Shown here: piece by piece, positions 50,678 to 61,662 of the stretch
Layout: the number at the start of each line of letters is the position of its first letter
Numbering within the stretch: the first letter of the stretch is position 1
Assembly: GCA_964582965.1 (NCBI GenBank)
Contig: CAZOUN010000001.1
Location: forward strand, 4,745 to 68,744
Length of the DNA: 64,000 nt
Source: an uncultured Anaerolineales bacterium
GTDB taxonomy: Bacteria > Chloroflexota > Anaerolineae > Anaerolineales > UBA11858
Direction of reading: 5' to 3'
The notes under the pieces: generated by a model
Told to the model about the DNA's origin: nothing
Database searches by the model: none
What the model saw: the letters and a program-made list of their open reading frames with translations, nothing else
Position numbers and translations under genes: made by a program

Positions 50678-52810
50678 ATGTCTAACTCAAAATATTTAGC
50701 TGATGCTTTGAGCATCCCTCATTCTGGTGTTGATGCTGTTATCTCTCTGCTTGATGATGGCAATACTATTCCCTTTATCGCCCGCTACAGAAAAGAAGCC
50801 ACTGGCGGCCTGGACGAAGAACAGCTCAGAAACATTTCTGAAGAGCTCAATCGATTGCGGGCGCTGGATGAACGCCGGGCAACGATCCTGAAAAGCATAA
50901 AAAAGCAAGGAAAGCTGACGCCTGATCTGGAAGAAGAAATCAATTCAACTAACTCCAAGGCAGACCTGGAGGATCTATACCAGCCCTATAAACCCAAGAG
51001 AAAAACCCGGGCAAGCAGCGCCCGAGAAAAAGGATTGGAACCTCTGGCGGATATGATCTTGGGGCAACAAAAAATTTCGCAATCCCTGGAAGAAATTGCA
51101 GGGGCTTATATTAATGAAAAGGTTCCAACAGTAGAGGATGCCTGGCAGGGTGCCAGGGATATTGCCGCAGAGATCATCAGCGATCATCCGCGGATCAGAA
51201 AGCAGCTTCGAAAAAAATCTTTGCAAAACAGTCTGTTATCGACATCGAAGAAAAAGGGTGGAGAGGATGAACGGCAGGTCTATCGGGATTATTATCAGTT
51301 TGAGATCCAATCTAGTCGCATTCGGCCTCATCAAACCCTGGCAATAAACCGGGCAGATGAACAAGGCATCCTGACCGTTAAGCTCACACTTCCCGAAAAA
51401 TTATGGGAACCATTGGTTCGGAACCAGTTTCCCTTGGATCCGGGATCGCCTTTATCTAGAGAACTTAGGAAAAGTATTTCTGACGCAGCCGCCAGATTAT
51501 TACTCCCGGCTATATTTCGAGATGTCCGTCGTCTGCTGACTGAAAAGGCAGAAGATAGGGCGCTGCAAATATTTTCCAAAAACCTTCGGGCACTGCTTCT
51601 GCAGCCACCCTTGGCGGGATATATCGTCATGGGTCTGGATCCGGGCTATCGGACTGGATGCAAGGTGGCAGTTGTGGATCCCACCGGTAAAGCGCTTGAC
51701 ACCGGAACGATCTTTCCTGTTCCTCCCCGTAACCAGGTAGAACAGGCTCGAGATTATCTTATTAAGAACATTCCACGATGGAATGTGTCCCTGATCGTGA
51801 TCGGAAACGGGACAGCATCACGTGAGACCGAGTTATTTGTGGCGGATGTTATCAAGGATCTTGACGGTGTGAATTATCTGATTACCAGTGAAGCTGGTGC
51901 GAGTGTCTACAGCGCCAGTAAATTGGCAGGAAGGGAACTGCCGGATATGGACGTCAGCTTCAGGGGTGCTGTGTCCATCGCCCGCCGAGTTCAGGATCCG
52001 CTGGCTGAGTTAGTAAAGATCGACCCACAATCTCTAGGTGTGGGCATGTACCAGCATGATGTGAACCAGACAAAGCTGAAAGAAAAATTGGAACAGGTCG
52101 TTGAAAGCGTGGTAAATCAAGTTGGTGTGGAGATCAACACAGCCTCTCCAGCTCTACTATCTTTTATCTCGGGTATTGGCCCGGGGTTAGCTGAACGGAT
52201 CGTGGCTCACCGGGATAAAGCAGGCCATTTTAAGAACCGAGGAAAATTGCAGGATGTTCCCGGTATGGGTGAAAAGACCTTTCAGCAGGCTGCCGGATTT
52301 TTGCGTATCAGGGGGGGTGATAACCCCCTGGACACAACCGCAATTCATCCAGAAAGTTATTCTGCGGCAGAGCAGGTCATACGCCAGGCTGGTATCGTCC
52401 TGACTGAAAAATCGAAATCCAAAAAGAGTGCCCTGGTCCGGTTGAGTGAAAAGAAGACGGCTGAGGACATGGCAACTTCTTTGAAGATCGGGGTTCCAAC
52501 ACTGACGGATATTTATAAACAGCTGGTCCAACCTGGACGTGATCCAAGGGAAGATCTGCCCAAGCCATTCCTGCGCAAAGACGTATTAACCGTTGAGGAT
52601 CTGGTTGAAGGCATGGAGCTGCCGGGGACTGTGCAAAACGTGGTTGAGTTCGGCGCCTTTATTGACTTAGGAGTAAAAAACGCCGGGTTGCTGCATAGAT
52701 CGAAGATACCGGCGGATGTGGACTTGAATTTGGGGGATATAGTCAGGGTAAATATCCTGAGTGTAGACCTGGATCGGGGGAGGATCAGCCTGGGTTGGGC
52801 CGGGCGATGA
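50678..52810 (+). CDS. tex: Tex-like transcription accessory protein (S1 RNA-binding domain)
   Basis: 710 aa with TIPFIARYRKEATGGLDE, a YqgF-like middle region and a C-terminal S1 domain (GTVQNVVEFGAFIDLG). Confidence 0.9.
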   Translation: MSNSKYLADALSIPHSGVDAVISLLDDGNTIPFIARYRKEATGGLDEEQLRNISEELNRLRALDERRATILKSIKKQGKLTPDLEEEINSTNSKADLEDLYQPYKPKRKTRASSAREKGLEPLADMILGQQKISQSLEEIAGAYINEKVPTVEDAWQGARDIAAEIISDHPRIRKQLRKKSLQNSLLSTSKKKGGEDERQVYRDYYQFEIQSSRIRPHQTLAINRADEQGILTVKLTLPEKLWEPLVRNQFPLDPGSPLSRELRKSISDAAARLLLPAIFRDVRRLLTEKAEDRALQIFSKNLRALLLQPPLAGYIVMGLDPGYRTGCKVAVVDPTGKALDTGTIFPVPPRNQVEQARDYLIKNIPRWNVSLIVIGNGTASRETELFVADVIKDLDGVNYLITSEAGASVYSASKLAGRELPDMDVSFRGAVSIARRVQDPLAELVKIDPQSLGVGMYQHDVNQTKLKEKLEQVVESVVNQVGVEINTASPALLSFISGIGPGLAERIVAHRDKAGHFKNRGKLQDVPGMGEKTFQQAAGFLRIRGGDNPLDTTAIHPESYSAAEQVIRQAGIVLTEKSKSKKSALVRLSEKKTAEDMATSLKIGVPTLTDIYKQLVQPGRDPREDLPKPFLRKDVLTVEDLVEGMELPGTVQNVVEFGAFIDLGVKNAGLLHRSKIPADVDLNLGDIVRVNILSVDLDRGRISLGWAGR

Positions 52811-52845
52811 AAGATTAGACCTCCGAGGTCGAAAAGTCATCGAAG

Positions 52846-52889
52846 AAAAAAACCTCCGCCGAAAATTTCCAGCAGAGGTTTTTGTTTTT
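52846..52889. terminator. Bidirectional terminator between convergent tex and lpd
   Basis: A-run, then stem AAAAACCTC / GAGGTTTTT (52848-52856 / 52875-52883) with an inner GC pair, then TTTGTTTTT. Confidence 0.5.
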
Positions 52890-52902
52890 GCTATGGCATA
52901 CC

Positions 52903-54297
52903 TCAGGCGTGAATGGCTTCGCCCGTGACGGATTTGGCGGCTTCGTGCAGCACTTCGCTTAATGTTGGATGGGCATGGACGTTATGCCCGATATCGGCTG
53001 GCGTGAGTCCATTGGCCTGGGCCAGGGTCAGCTCCGGAAGCAGCTCGGTCACTTCAGGTCCGATCATGTGAGCGCCTAGAATCTGGTTGGTTTTTTTATC
53101 AACAACGATCTTGACCCAGCCGGCATAATCACTCAAGCCAAGAGCTTTTCCGTTGGCCTGAAAATTAGACTTCCCGGTTACCACATCATATCCTTCGTTT
53201 TGAGCCTGTTCCTCAGTTTTTCCAAAGGATGCCACCTGGGGATGGCAATAGGTTGCCTTGGGCATGTTTTGGTAGTTCAGTATCTCAGGCGTTTTTCCTG
53301 AAATGACCTCAGCACAAACTGTTCCCATCGCCATGCCTGCGTGAGCCAGCATCAATTTGCCGGTAACATCACCTATGGCCCATATTCCAGGAACGTTGGT
53401 CGCCATTTGATCATCCACTTCAACAAAACCCCGCCGATCTAGAGCGACACCGATTTTTTCAAGACCGAGTTTGTCCGAATTGGGTATAAAACTTGCAGCC
53501 AAAAGGACCTGGTCAGTTGAAATCTCTACCTCTCCGCCTGGTCCCTCAACGAGCACATTCACTTCTCCCGGCAGCGTATTAACTTTAGAGACCTTGCTAT
53601 TGGTTAGGGTCTTGATCCCTAATTTGTTGATGGCTTTTTCAAGTTCAACGCTGACTTCTGGATCTTCATTGGGCACAACTCTGTCCATCATTTCAACTAC
53701 AGTGACAGGAACACCATAGCTGTTCCAGATGGTGGCGAATTCCATCCCAATTGCGCCGGCACCGACGATCACTGCTGATTTTGGTAGGGTTTCTTGGAGG
53801 ATGGCTTCTTTGTAGGTAACTACTTGTTTTCCATCTACTTCAATCCCGGGAATGATAAAAGGCCGGGCTCCAGTGGCGATGATGATATTGCCAGCCTCTA
53901 GTTCGGTTTCGCCGTCAGGCCCGGTCACTTTAATAACAGTAGGGGAAATGAATTCAGCTGTGCCATCATGTTGAGTAATCCGGTTTTTCTTCAGCAGGAA
54001 TCCAACACCTTTTGTCAGGCGTTTTGAAACCTGGCGGCTCCGCTTTACTGCCGCGGAATAATCGAACTGCAAATTATCGAAAGAGACACCGAAGATTTTA
54101 GCCTTTTTGGTGAGAGTGTGAGCCAAATCGGCGTTTTTCAATAAACTCTTTGAAGGAATGCAACCGACATTTAGACATACTCCCCCCAGAAATTCTTTCT
54201 CAACAATGGAGACTTCCTGGCCCAACTGGGCTGCGCGAATGGCTGCCACGTACCCGGCTGGTCCCGCTCCAATTACGATCAAATTTGTTTTTTTCAT
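52903..54297 (-). CDS. lpd: Dihydrolipoyl dehydrogenase
   Basis: 464 aa with GAGPAGY, the redox disulfide GGVCLNVGCIPSK and a C-terminal HAHPTLSE interface motif. Confidence 0.92.
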   Translation of the reverse strand: MKKTNLIVIGAGPAGYVAAIRAAQLGQEVSIVEKEFLGGVCLNVGCIPSKSLLKNADLAHTLTKKAKIFGVSFDNLQFDYSAAVKRSRQVSKRLTKGVGFLLKKNRITQHDGTAEFISPTVIKVTGPDGETELEAGNIIIATGARPFIIPGIEVDGKQVVTYKEAILQETLPKSAVIVGAGAIGMEFATIWNSYGVPVTVVEMMDRVVPNEDPEVSVELEKAINKLGIKTLTNSKVSKVNTLPGEVNVLVEGPGGEVEISTDQVLLAASFIPNSDKLGLEKIGVALDRRGFVEVDDQMATNVPGIWAIGDVTGKLMLAHAGMAMGTVCAEVISGKTPEILNYQNMPKATYCHPQVASFGKTEEQAQNEGYDVVTGKSNFQANGKALGLSDYAGWVKIVVDKKTNQILGAHMIGPEVTELLPELTLAQANGLTPADIGHNVHAHPTLSEVLHEAAKSVTGEAIHA

Positions 54298-54333
54298 AGA
54301 TACCTTTGTTTTGACTATAATATTTTTTTGGAA

Positions 54334-55161
54334 TTATTTTCCGTCTTGAAGTGATTGAGCATTAAATATAGCAGCAATGTCATCTAGGGAAACCCGTGAG
54401 GTTAAATCGATACTTAAAGGAGTGATCGATACCCATCCTTTTGAGAGGGCATAGGCATCAGTACCTGTTTCTGAATAGAATCCTTTTTGAGCAAAATGTT
54501 TAACATTAGCTGGTGAAGAAAAGAACGATTCTCGCTCCTCAATCTTGGTTCCGTAATATTGTTTTCTGTCCAACCGGGTTACCACGCACTTCGTTTCTGG
54601 AGAGGCAGAAAGTGGTATTTCCAGCTTGATCACATCGGCATCAAATGGAAGTTCTTTATTAAGAATGACTTCTGCTGTTTGGCGTGTAAAATAGGCCGCG
54701 GAAGAGAAGTCAACTGATTTGCTGTAGCTGTGATAATCAGTCCCAGCAATTTCTTGAGAAACGGCCAGCGCTGGCACGCCCCAATCTGCGGCCTCAAGAG
54801 CAGCCCCAACTGTACCGGATACGGTAATTATTGTGCTGACGTTTTCCCCATAATTTATACCGGATACAACCAAAGACAGCGGTCGGTCAGCGATTTCTTT
54901 TACGGCATGTTCAACTGCCCGGGCGGGTGATGCTTCTATACCATACCCGATCCAACTCTGGTCTTGGTAAGTGACCTTGATTTCTTTTAAAGTACTATCC
55001 CCAGCGCCATACGCCTTTCTGCTTCGCCCCATGCTGGTTTGCTGATCAAGAGGGGCGATAATCAGTAATTCTCCAAGCGAGTCAAGGCCGCTGGCAGCAG
55101 CAGCAAGTCCAGGTGAGTTGATGCCGTCATCGTTGGTTAATAGAATTAATGGCTTTGTCAT
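54334..55161 (-). CDS. surE: 5'/3'-nucleotidase SurE
   Basis: ILLTNDDGINSPG N-terminal signature, ~275 aa. Confidence 0.88.
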   Translation of the reverse strand: MTKPLILLTNDDGINSPGLAAAASGLDSLGELLIIAPLDQQTSMGRSRKAYGAGDSTLKEIKVTYQDQSWIGYGIEASPARAVEHAVKEIADRPLSLVVSGINYGENVSTIITVSGTVGAALEAADWGVPALAVSQEIAGTDYHSYSKSVDFSSAAYFTRQTAEVILNKELPFDADVIKLEIPLSASPETKCVVTRLDRKQYYGTKIEERESFFSSPANVKHFAQKGFYSETGTDAYALSKGWVSITPLSIDLTSRVSLDDIAAIFNAQSLQDGK

Positions 55162-55982
55162 AAGTAAACCTCAATGAGTGATCGATGCAGAGCTTCAATA
55201 TTCTTAAAAATGTAGGTGGGTTTGATGGTGCTTTCTTCGATCTCTTCCTTGGAGCTGACGCCGGAAAGGACAGCTGCACTGTCGATGCCAAGCTGGTTAG
55301 AGCCCAGAATATCTGTATCCAGGCGATCACCAACCATCAGGGTCTCTGCGGGTACCACTTCGAGATCTTTGAGAGCAGCTTCGAATATGGCCCGATATGG
55401 TTTGCCAACTACATAAGGGGTTACCCCCGAAGCGGCCTGAATTGCTCCGATCACCATGCCGGTTGCGGGATTGATTCCTTCAATCGTTGGATACGATCCA
55501 TCAGTATTAGTAGCCACAAAAGGTGCACCATTCATTATCAGGCGCATGGCAACCTTGATTTTTTGATAGTTTATCTGAAGGTCCATACCGGCAACTACAG
55601 CGTCGACCTGTCCGCGGGGAGCATCCTTACCATCGGATAAAATAAATCCGTATTCCTGGAGGGTGCTAATAAGCCCGGGATTGCCCACCACATGCAGGGA
55701 AGCTCCCGGTCCATATTGATCCAATAGATAAACAGCAGTCACTGTTGCGCTGGTAAAGACAGACCTTTCCTGAACATGAATACCAAATCCAATAAACTTG
55801 TCAAGATAATGCTGTACTGTATGGGAATTATTATTGGTTAACAACGCCCAACGGATCTCATTTTCAGATAAATATTTAAATAGAGCATTTATTCCCTTTT
55901 GCGGCTGATCGGATGTCCACAATACTCCATCACCGTCAAATAGGATGGCCTTGTATTTTTTCATGCCTATAATATTTTTCAT
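55158..55982 (-). CDS. HAD-superfamily subfamily IIA hydrolase (NagD-like sugar phosphatase)
   Basis: ILFDGDGVLW (DxD), LTNNNS and MVGDRLDTDI motifs. Overlaps surE by 4 nt. Confidence 0.85.
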   Translation of the reverse strand: MKNIIGMKKYKAILFDGDGVLWTSDQPQKGINALFKYLSENEIRWALLTNNNSHTVQHYLDKFIGFGIHVQERSVFTSATVTAVYLLDQYGPGASLHVVGNPGLISTLQEYGFILSDGKDAPRGQVDAVVAGMDLQINYQKIKVAMRLIMNGAPFVATNTDGSYPTIEGINPATGMVIGAIQAASGVTPYVVGKPYRAIFEAALKDLEVVPAETLMVGDRLDTDILGSNQLGIDSAAVLSGVSSKEEIEESTIKPTYIFKNIEALHRSLIEVYL

Positions 55983-56118
55983 GTTATTTTGCTGTCCAAT
56001 TGCGTTAATTCTATCACGCGGATTTTTTTGTGCCCGGTCACTGGTTGGATTGAAAATACCTTAAATTGCCGGCACCTGCCTTGGCGTATAGAAAATTAGC
56101 TGAGTAATGTATATTGGG

Positions 56119-56147
56119 CTGTCAATATTCATATTGCTGTTTATAAT
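56119..56147 (+). promoter_or_regulatory. Candidate sigma70-type promoter upstream of glk
   Basis: CTGTCA (56119-56124), 17-nt spacer, TATAAT (56142-56147). About 70 nt upstream of the start codon. Confidence 0.35.
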
Positions 56148-56216
56148 GGAAACGATTATTCATATTCAATCAGATGAGATATCGGAATTACAGAACCATT
56201 TTTATGAGGAGTGATA

Positions 56217-57218
56217 ATGGCCACAAAAATGTTATTGGCCGGAGATCTCGGAGCAACCAATACAAGACTGGCGTTCTACTCGACTGAAAAAGGTTTATTC
56301 CAACCAATTAATGAATCTACTCTGGAAAATAAAGACTTCAAAAGTTTTGATGACTTGTTTGAGAATTTCCTCAATCAGCACCAGGTAGCGTTCAGCGGGA
56401 TTTGCCTTGGTATTGCAGGTCCCGTCATAAATAACACTGTGAATATCACAAACCTTGGCTGGGATATTGATGGCGAAGAATTGAAGGAACGCTACAATCT
56501 CCAGGGAGTTTGGTTGCTAAATGACCTTAAGGCATTATCCTATGCGGTGCTGAATTTACCGGACGAGGAATGTGAAGTGATCAGGTCGGGAAAAAAGGTT
56601 GAAAATGCATCTATTGCCTTGATTGCCCCCGGGACTGGCTTGGGGGAAGGTTTCTTGATCTGGGATGGTGAAAAATATCTGGCAGTTTCCACCGAAGGCG
56701 GGCATACTGATTTTGGCCCTACAAACGAGATGCAGGAAAATCTGGTGGGGTACCTGCATAAAAAAGGTATCAGGGTAAGTTACGAACGTGTTTGTTCTGG
56801 AATTGGCATTCCTAATCTTTATGAGTTCTTGAAGGATGAAGGTTATGCCGAAGAACCTGATTGGCTGCGAGACGAGATCGCTCAGGCCGAGGATATGCCT
56901 CCGGTAATTATTGGTGCAGCCCTTGATGAAAAGAAGGATTGTGAGATCTGCAATATGACAGCTGACTTATTTGTAGAGATTCTGGGTGCAGAAGCTGGCA
57001 ATCTAGCATTAAAAACGCTGGCCCAGGGTGGAATTTTTATCGGTGGAGGTATTCCTCCCCGAATCCTTCCCTGGTTCAAAGAAGAGAAATTCCTCAATTC
57101 AATAGATAGCAAAGACCCACACAAGGATCTGATGTCATCAATCCCGATTAAAGTGATCTTGAATCCCATTGCCAACCTGATCGGCGCGGCGTTTTATGGA
57201 TTGCAGGAGTTAAAGTAG
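56217..57218 (+). CDS. glk: Glucokinase (Glk family)
   Basis: LAGDLGATNTRLA ATP-binding start motif and a Glk-length protein. AGGAG precedes ATG 56217; the ORF-track GTG at 56211 is the alternative start. Confidence 0.85.
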   Translation: MATKMLLAGDLGATNTRLAFYSTEKGLFQPINESTLENKDFKSFDDLFENFLNQHQVAFSGICLGIAGPVINNTVNITNLGWDIDGEELKERYNLQGVWLLNDLKALSYAVLNLPDEECEVIRSGKKVENASIALIAPGTGLGEGFLIWDGEKYLAVSTEGGHTDFGPTNEMQENLVGYLHKKGIRVSYERVCSGIGIPNLYEFLKDEGYAEEPDWLRDEIAQAEDMPPVIIGAALDEKKDCEICNMTADLFVEILGAEAGNLALKTLAQGGIFIGGGIPPRILPWFKEEKFLNSIDSKDPHKDLMSSIPIKVILNPIANLIGAAFYGLQELK

Positions 57219-57548
57219 TTTGTTGCCAACGGCCTATTTTTCTTTCAAAAGAACTTTTTTTATCCACGCCACCAAAAAGCTTCGGCCGAGGAAAGAACAT
57301 CCGCAAAGCAGCGACACCCATTTCTTCTAGCAGGGACTGCATATTTTCATCAGTTATTCTTCCTACTTGATAGATGATATTATTAATACAATGCAGTGGA
57401 TCACCTCCAGGGAAGTTGTCATAGAAAAGCTGATCGTCTTGATTACGGTTCTGGATTCCTTGCTGGATCCAGTGAAGAATTTCATTCAAAACGACTTTAA
57501 GATAATTGTAAATCCGCAAAAAAGAAATAAATAGGAAGTATTTTTAAA

Positions 57549-59552
57549 ATGGAAAATATTGACAGATTAGCCATTAACACAATTCGAACCCTGGCGATGG
57601 ATGCTGTGCAGTCAGCTGGTACCGGTCACCCCGGAACGGCTATGGGAGCAGCAGATAGCGTTTATACACTATGGACCAGGCACCTAAAACACAACCCAAA
57701 AAACCCTAATTGGTTGAATAGGGACAGATTTGTATTATCTGCAGGACACGCATCCATGCTCCTGTACAGCATGCTTTTTCTGACAGGTTATGAAAACTTG
57801 ACCCTGGATGAAATAAAAAAATATCGCCGGTATGGCGGCTTGACACCCGGACACCCCGAGAATTACCTGACCGCAGGTGTGGAAGTGACAACCGGTCCTT
57901 TGGGGCAAGGTTTTTCGAATGCAGTAGGCATGGCAATTGCTGAAGCTCATTTAAGTGAATATTTCAATCGCCCTGGGTTCGATATTATTGATAACTATAT
58001 TTATACATTTGCCGGAGATGGTGATTTGATGGAAGGTGTGTCCCAGGAAGCAGCATCCCTGGCAGGTCACCTGAAACTGGAAAAACTGATCGTTATATAT
58101 GATGACAACCGGGTAACCATAGAAGGTGATACCGGTATTGCCTTTACCGAAGATCGAGCGAAACGTTTTGAAGCATATCATTGGCATGTTCAAAAAGTTG
58201 ATGGTTATGACACCGAGGCAGTTTCCGCGGCTTTGAAAGCGGCCAGAGCAGATCCCCGTCCCTCAATCATTATGAGCCGCAGTCATATTGCCTATGGCAG
58301 CCCGAATAAGCAGGACTCTTCCTCTGCGCACGGGGCTCCCTTGGGTGATGAAGAAGTACGGTTGACAAAAGAAAAACTGGACTGGCCCGTAGCGCCGGCA
58401 TTCTTTGTTCCAGATGAGGTGCTGACCCATACCCGTTCAGCCATTCAAAAAGGGGAAAATGCAGAAAAAGAATGGCAGACACTGTTCGATGGTTATATAA
58501 AGGAATACCCGGAATTGGCATCGGAGATGCTAGATGCGTTTGCTAGGAAACTGCCTGCGGGTTGGAATAAAGGTCTGCCAGAATTTTCTCCAGAAGATGG
58601 CCCAATGCCTGCCCGAGTAGCGAGTGGAAAAGTGCTCAACAACCTGGCCGGGAAAATTCCAATGATCTTTGGTGGTGCGGCCGATGTTGGCCCATCCATC
58701 AAAACAGTTCTTGATGATGCTGGAGATTTTACAGCGGACGACCGTGCTGGCCGGAACATGCATTTTGGGGTTCGTGAACATGCAATGGGCGGCATATTGA
58801 ATGGAATGGCGCTTTATGGTGGATTGATCCCTTTCGGGGGCACATACTTTATATTTTCTGATTATATGCGGCCAAGTATGCGAATGGCTGCGTTGATGGG
58901 ATTGCCGGTGATCTATGTCTTCAGCCATGATAGTGTGCTGATTGGAACTGATGGGCCAACCCATCAACCCGTTGAGCATATTGCCTCGTACAGAGCTGTA
59001 CCGAATATGACAGTACTGCGTCCAGGTGATGCGAATGAAGTGACAGCTGCCTGGCAGGTTGCCTTGGAAAACCAAACCGGACCCACCTTATTACTTTTGG
59101 CCCGGCAGGCTATACCGATCATGGCTGAAACAAAAGATCATTGCTTTGAGAACCTGTCTCGCGGTGCATATGTGTTATCCCCAGCCGATAATGAAAAACC
59201 AGACCTGTTGTTAATGGGTACCGGCTCAGAAGTCCACCTGCTCCTGGAAGCCCAGAAAATTTTATTGGCAGAGGGGATTCATTCTTCGGTGATCAGTGTT
59301 CCAAGCATGGAACTCTTTGAAAAACAACCTGATGATTACAAAAACCGGGTTCTTCCTCAAAATGTTCTCCCACGATTAGCTGTGGAAGCCGGCAGCTCAA
59401 TGGGCTGGTGGAAATATGTTGGCAGCGCAGGAGATGTGTTTGGTGTAGACAGGTTTGGTATTCCTGGGTCAATTGAAGACGTCATAGAAACCTTTAATTT
59501 AACAGGTGAAGGTGTTGCAGACAGAGCCAGAAAAGTACTGGCAAAAAAGTAG
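57549..59552 (+). CDS. tkt: Transketolase
   Basis: 667 aa with NTIRTLAMDAVQSAGTGHPG, SAGHASMLLYS, GDGDLMEGV, HDSVLIGTDGPTHQPVEH. Confidence 0.95.
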   Translation: MENIDRLAINTIRTLAMDAVQSAGTGHPGTAMGAADSVYTLWTRHLKHNPKNPNWLNRDRFVLSAGHASMLLYSMLFLTGYENLTLDEIKKYRRYGGLTPGHPENYLTAGVEVTTGPLGQGFSNAVGMAIAEAHLSEYFNRPGFDIIDNYIYTFAGDGDLMEGVSQEAASLAGHLKLEKLIVIYDDNRVTIEGDTGIAFTEDRAKRFEAYHWHVQKVDGYDTEAVSAALKAARADPRPSIIMSRSHIAYGSPNKQDSSSAHGAPLGDEEVRLTKEKLDWPVAPAFFVPDEVLTHTRSAIQKGENAEKEWQTLFDGYIKEYPELASEMLDAFARKLPAGWNKGLPEFSPEDGPMPARVASGKVLNNLAGKIPMIFGGAADVGPSIKTVLDDAGDFTADDRAGRNMHFGVREHAMGGILNGMALYGGLIPFGGTYFIFSDYMRPSMRMAALMGLPVIYVFSHDSVLIGTDGPTHQPVEHIASYRAVPNMTVLRPGDANEVTAAWQVALENQTGPTLLLLARQAIPIMAETKDHCFENLSRGAYVLSPADNEKPDLLLMGTGSEVHLLLEAQKILLAEGIHSSVISVPSMELFEKQPDDYKNRVLPQNVLPRLAVEAGSSMGWWKYVGSAGDVFGVDRFGIPGSIEDVIETFNLTGEGVADRARKVLAKK

Positions 59553-59661
59553 GTGAAATTCAGCTTTTATGATTTTAAATTGAGTAGTACAATATGCCAT
59601 CAAAGATACCGTACTGAATATAATTCAGGTAACCATTTATTGTTATCGGATTGGAGTTAAT

Positions 59662-59928
59662 ATGCCAGAAATCAAAATAACAATTGATCATGAAGTGGGC
59701 CTTCATGCCCGTCCAGCGTCAATCTTTGTACAGACTGCCGCGAAGTTCTCAAGCGATATAGAGGTCACCCACGGTGAAAAAACTGTTAATGCCAAAAGCA
59801 TTTTGGCAGTTCTCACGCTGGGAGCCCACCAGGGTGCCGAGCTCGTGATCAGCGCCGAAGGTGCTGATGCAGACGATGCCTTAAAAGCGCTGGAAGAGCT
59901 CGTTGCCGATAATTTTGGTGAAGCCTAA
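59662..59928 (+). CDS. ptsH: Phosphocarrier protein HPr
   Basis: 88 aa with the GLHARPAS active-site His region and the [10 protein letters not shown] Ser region. Confidence 0.92.
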   Translation: MPEIKITIDHEVGLHARPASIFVQTAAKFSSDIEVTHGEKTVNAKSILAVLTLGAHQGAELVISAEGADADDALKALEELVADNFGEA

Positions 59929-61655
59929 TGAAAATAATTTCTGGAATTCCCGCTTCATATGGCATTGCGATTGGTCCAGCATTTATTTTCTCAAGGGTCG
60001 AGATCGTAATTGAACCATGTACTATTCAGGATTCAGAAAAGGAATGGAAACGATTCATTCAAGCCCAGGAAGCGACATTCCAGCAACTGGATAAAGCATA
60101 TTTAAAAGCCCAGGAGGAATTGGGGGAAGAGGAAGCCGGAATATTTGGGGCCCAGAAATTAATGCTGCAAGATCCGGAACTGCTCAACACTGTTAAGACA
60201 CGTGTTAACTCAGAACTAATCAATGTTGAAACCGCCCTGTATGAAACTGCAGAATCTTTTGCCAAACAACTGGAAGCGATTGATGACGAATACCTGAGCG
60301 CTAGAGCACTCGATATCCGGGATGTAACCTCCCGCTGCTTGAGGAATCTGCTTGGATTGAAGGATTCTCCAGCAGATGGATTAAAGGTTCCTTCGATTAT
60401 CACCTCCCAGGACCTGACTCCCTCGGATACAGTCTTGCTAAACAAGGATCTTGTTCTGGGGTTTTGTACGGAAGTTGGGGGTTCAACTTCCCATACAGCC
60501 ATATTGGCTAGAGGATTAGGGATTCCGGCAGTGGTTGGTGCAGGTGAACCATTAAGGAAGATCAAAAACGGAGATAACCTCGTTATTGATGGTGATGCCG
60601 GTAAGATCGTCATTGACGCGGACAAAAAATCCCTTATAGAATTCAGGGAACGCCAGGAAAAATTCCTTAAGATTAAAACAGACGCGGAAGCGGTGAGTCA
60701 TCAACCAGCAATTACTACTGATGGGCAACAGGTTGAAGTAGTTGCCAACATTGGTAGTGTGGATGATGTTCAGCCTGCGTTGCTCTCAGGTGCTGAAGGG
60801 GTTGGTTTGCTCCGGTCCGAGTTTCTGTACCTGGAACGCCAAAATTTGCCCTCGGAAGAGGAACAATACCAAAGTTATAAAACAATAGCGGACGCGTTCG
60901 GTGAGCTGCCTGTTATCTTGAGAACATTGGATGTAGGTGGAGATAAAGATATTCCCTATATTGATATGCCACCAGAGGCCAATCCTTTCCTGGGTGTCAG
61001 GGCAATCAGGCTCTGTTTAACACGCCCGGATCTGTTCAAGCCGCAGCTGCGAGCAGCCCTCAGGGCTGGATATGGGAACAACCTGAAATTGATGTTCCCT
61101 ATGGTTGCGACTGTGAATGATGTTGAATCCATCCGGGAACTTTTGGAGGAATGCAAGGAAGAATTGCGGGCGGAAGGTCAGCAGGTAGCAGAAAATATGG
61201 ATATAGGGATAATGATCGAGATTCCCTCCGCGGCCATTTTGGCTGATCAATTGGCTGATGTGGTAGATTTCTTTTCCATCGGCACCAACGATCTCAGCCA
61301 GTACACAATGGCTGCTGACCGAACCAATGCTCATGTAGCACCTCTCGCTTCCGGTTTTCAGCCAGCGGTTTTTCGTTTGATTAAGAATGTGATCGACTCT
61401 GCGCACGCTAAAGGTAAATGGGTAGGTTTATGCGGGGAAATGGCGGGGGAATTACTTGCGATACCTATTTTGCTTGGATTGGGCCTGGACGAATTCAGTA
61501 TGAATCCTCCGGCGATACCTTTTGCAAAAAAGTTAATTAGTTCGATTTCCTATGAGCAAGCAAAAGAGATTGCAGAAAACGCTCTTCAGCTCAGGTCTGA
61601 CCAAGAAATACGCGACTATATCAAAAGTGAAGTTCCAGAAGTAAATCCAGGATAA
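59928..61655 (+). CDS. ptsI: Phosphoenolpyruvate-protein phosphotransferase (PTS Enzyme I)
   Basis: 575 aa with GGSTSHTAILARGLGIPAVVG and SIGTNDLSQY. Its start overlaps the ptsH stop (TAATG). Confidence 0.93.
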   Translation: MKIISGIPASYGIAIGPAFIFSRVEIVIEPCTIQDSEKEWKRFIQAQEATFQQLDKAYLKAQEELGEEEAGIFGAQKLMLQDPELLNTVKTRVNSELINVETALYETAESFAKQLEAIDDEYLSARALDIRDVTSRCLRNLLGLKDSPADGLKVPSIITSQDLTPSDTVLLNKDLVLGFCTEVGGSTSHTAILARGLGIPAVVGAGEPLRKIKNGDNLVIDGDAGKIVIDADKKSLIEFRERQEKFLKIKTDAEAVSHQPAITTDGQQVEVVANIGSVDDVQPALLSGAEGVGLLRSEFLYLERQNLPSEEEQYQSYKTIADAFGELPVILRTLDVGGDKDIPYIDMPPEANPFLGVRAIRLCLTRPDLFKPQLRAALRAGYGNNLKLMFPMVATVNDVESIRELLEECKEELRAEGQQVAENMDIGIMIEIPSAAILADQLADVVDFFSIGTNDLSQYTMAADRTNAHVAPLASGFQPAVFRLIKNVIDSAHAKGKWVGLCGEMAGELLAIPILLGLGLDEFSMNPPAIPFAKKLISSISYEQAKEIAENALQLRSDQEIRDYIKSEVPEVNPG

Positions 61656-61662
61656 TATAAGA

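Noticed and set aside
57148-57519. 123-aa minus-strand ORF filling the glk-tkt spacer
   Set aside because: It has only a TTG start with no RBS. It would overlap the glk 3' end convergently by about 70 nt, and I recognise no family motifs. I did not call it as a gene, though the 327-bp spacer is otherwise unexplained.
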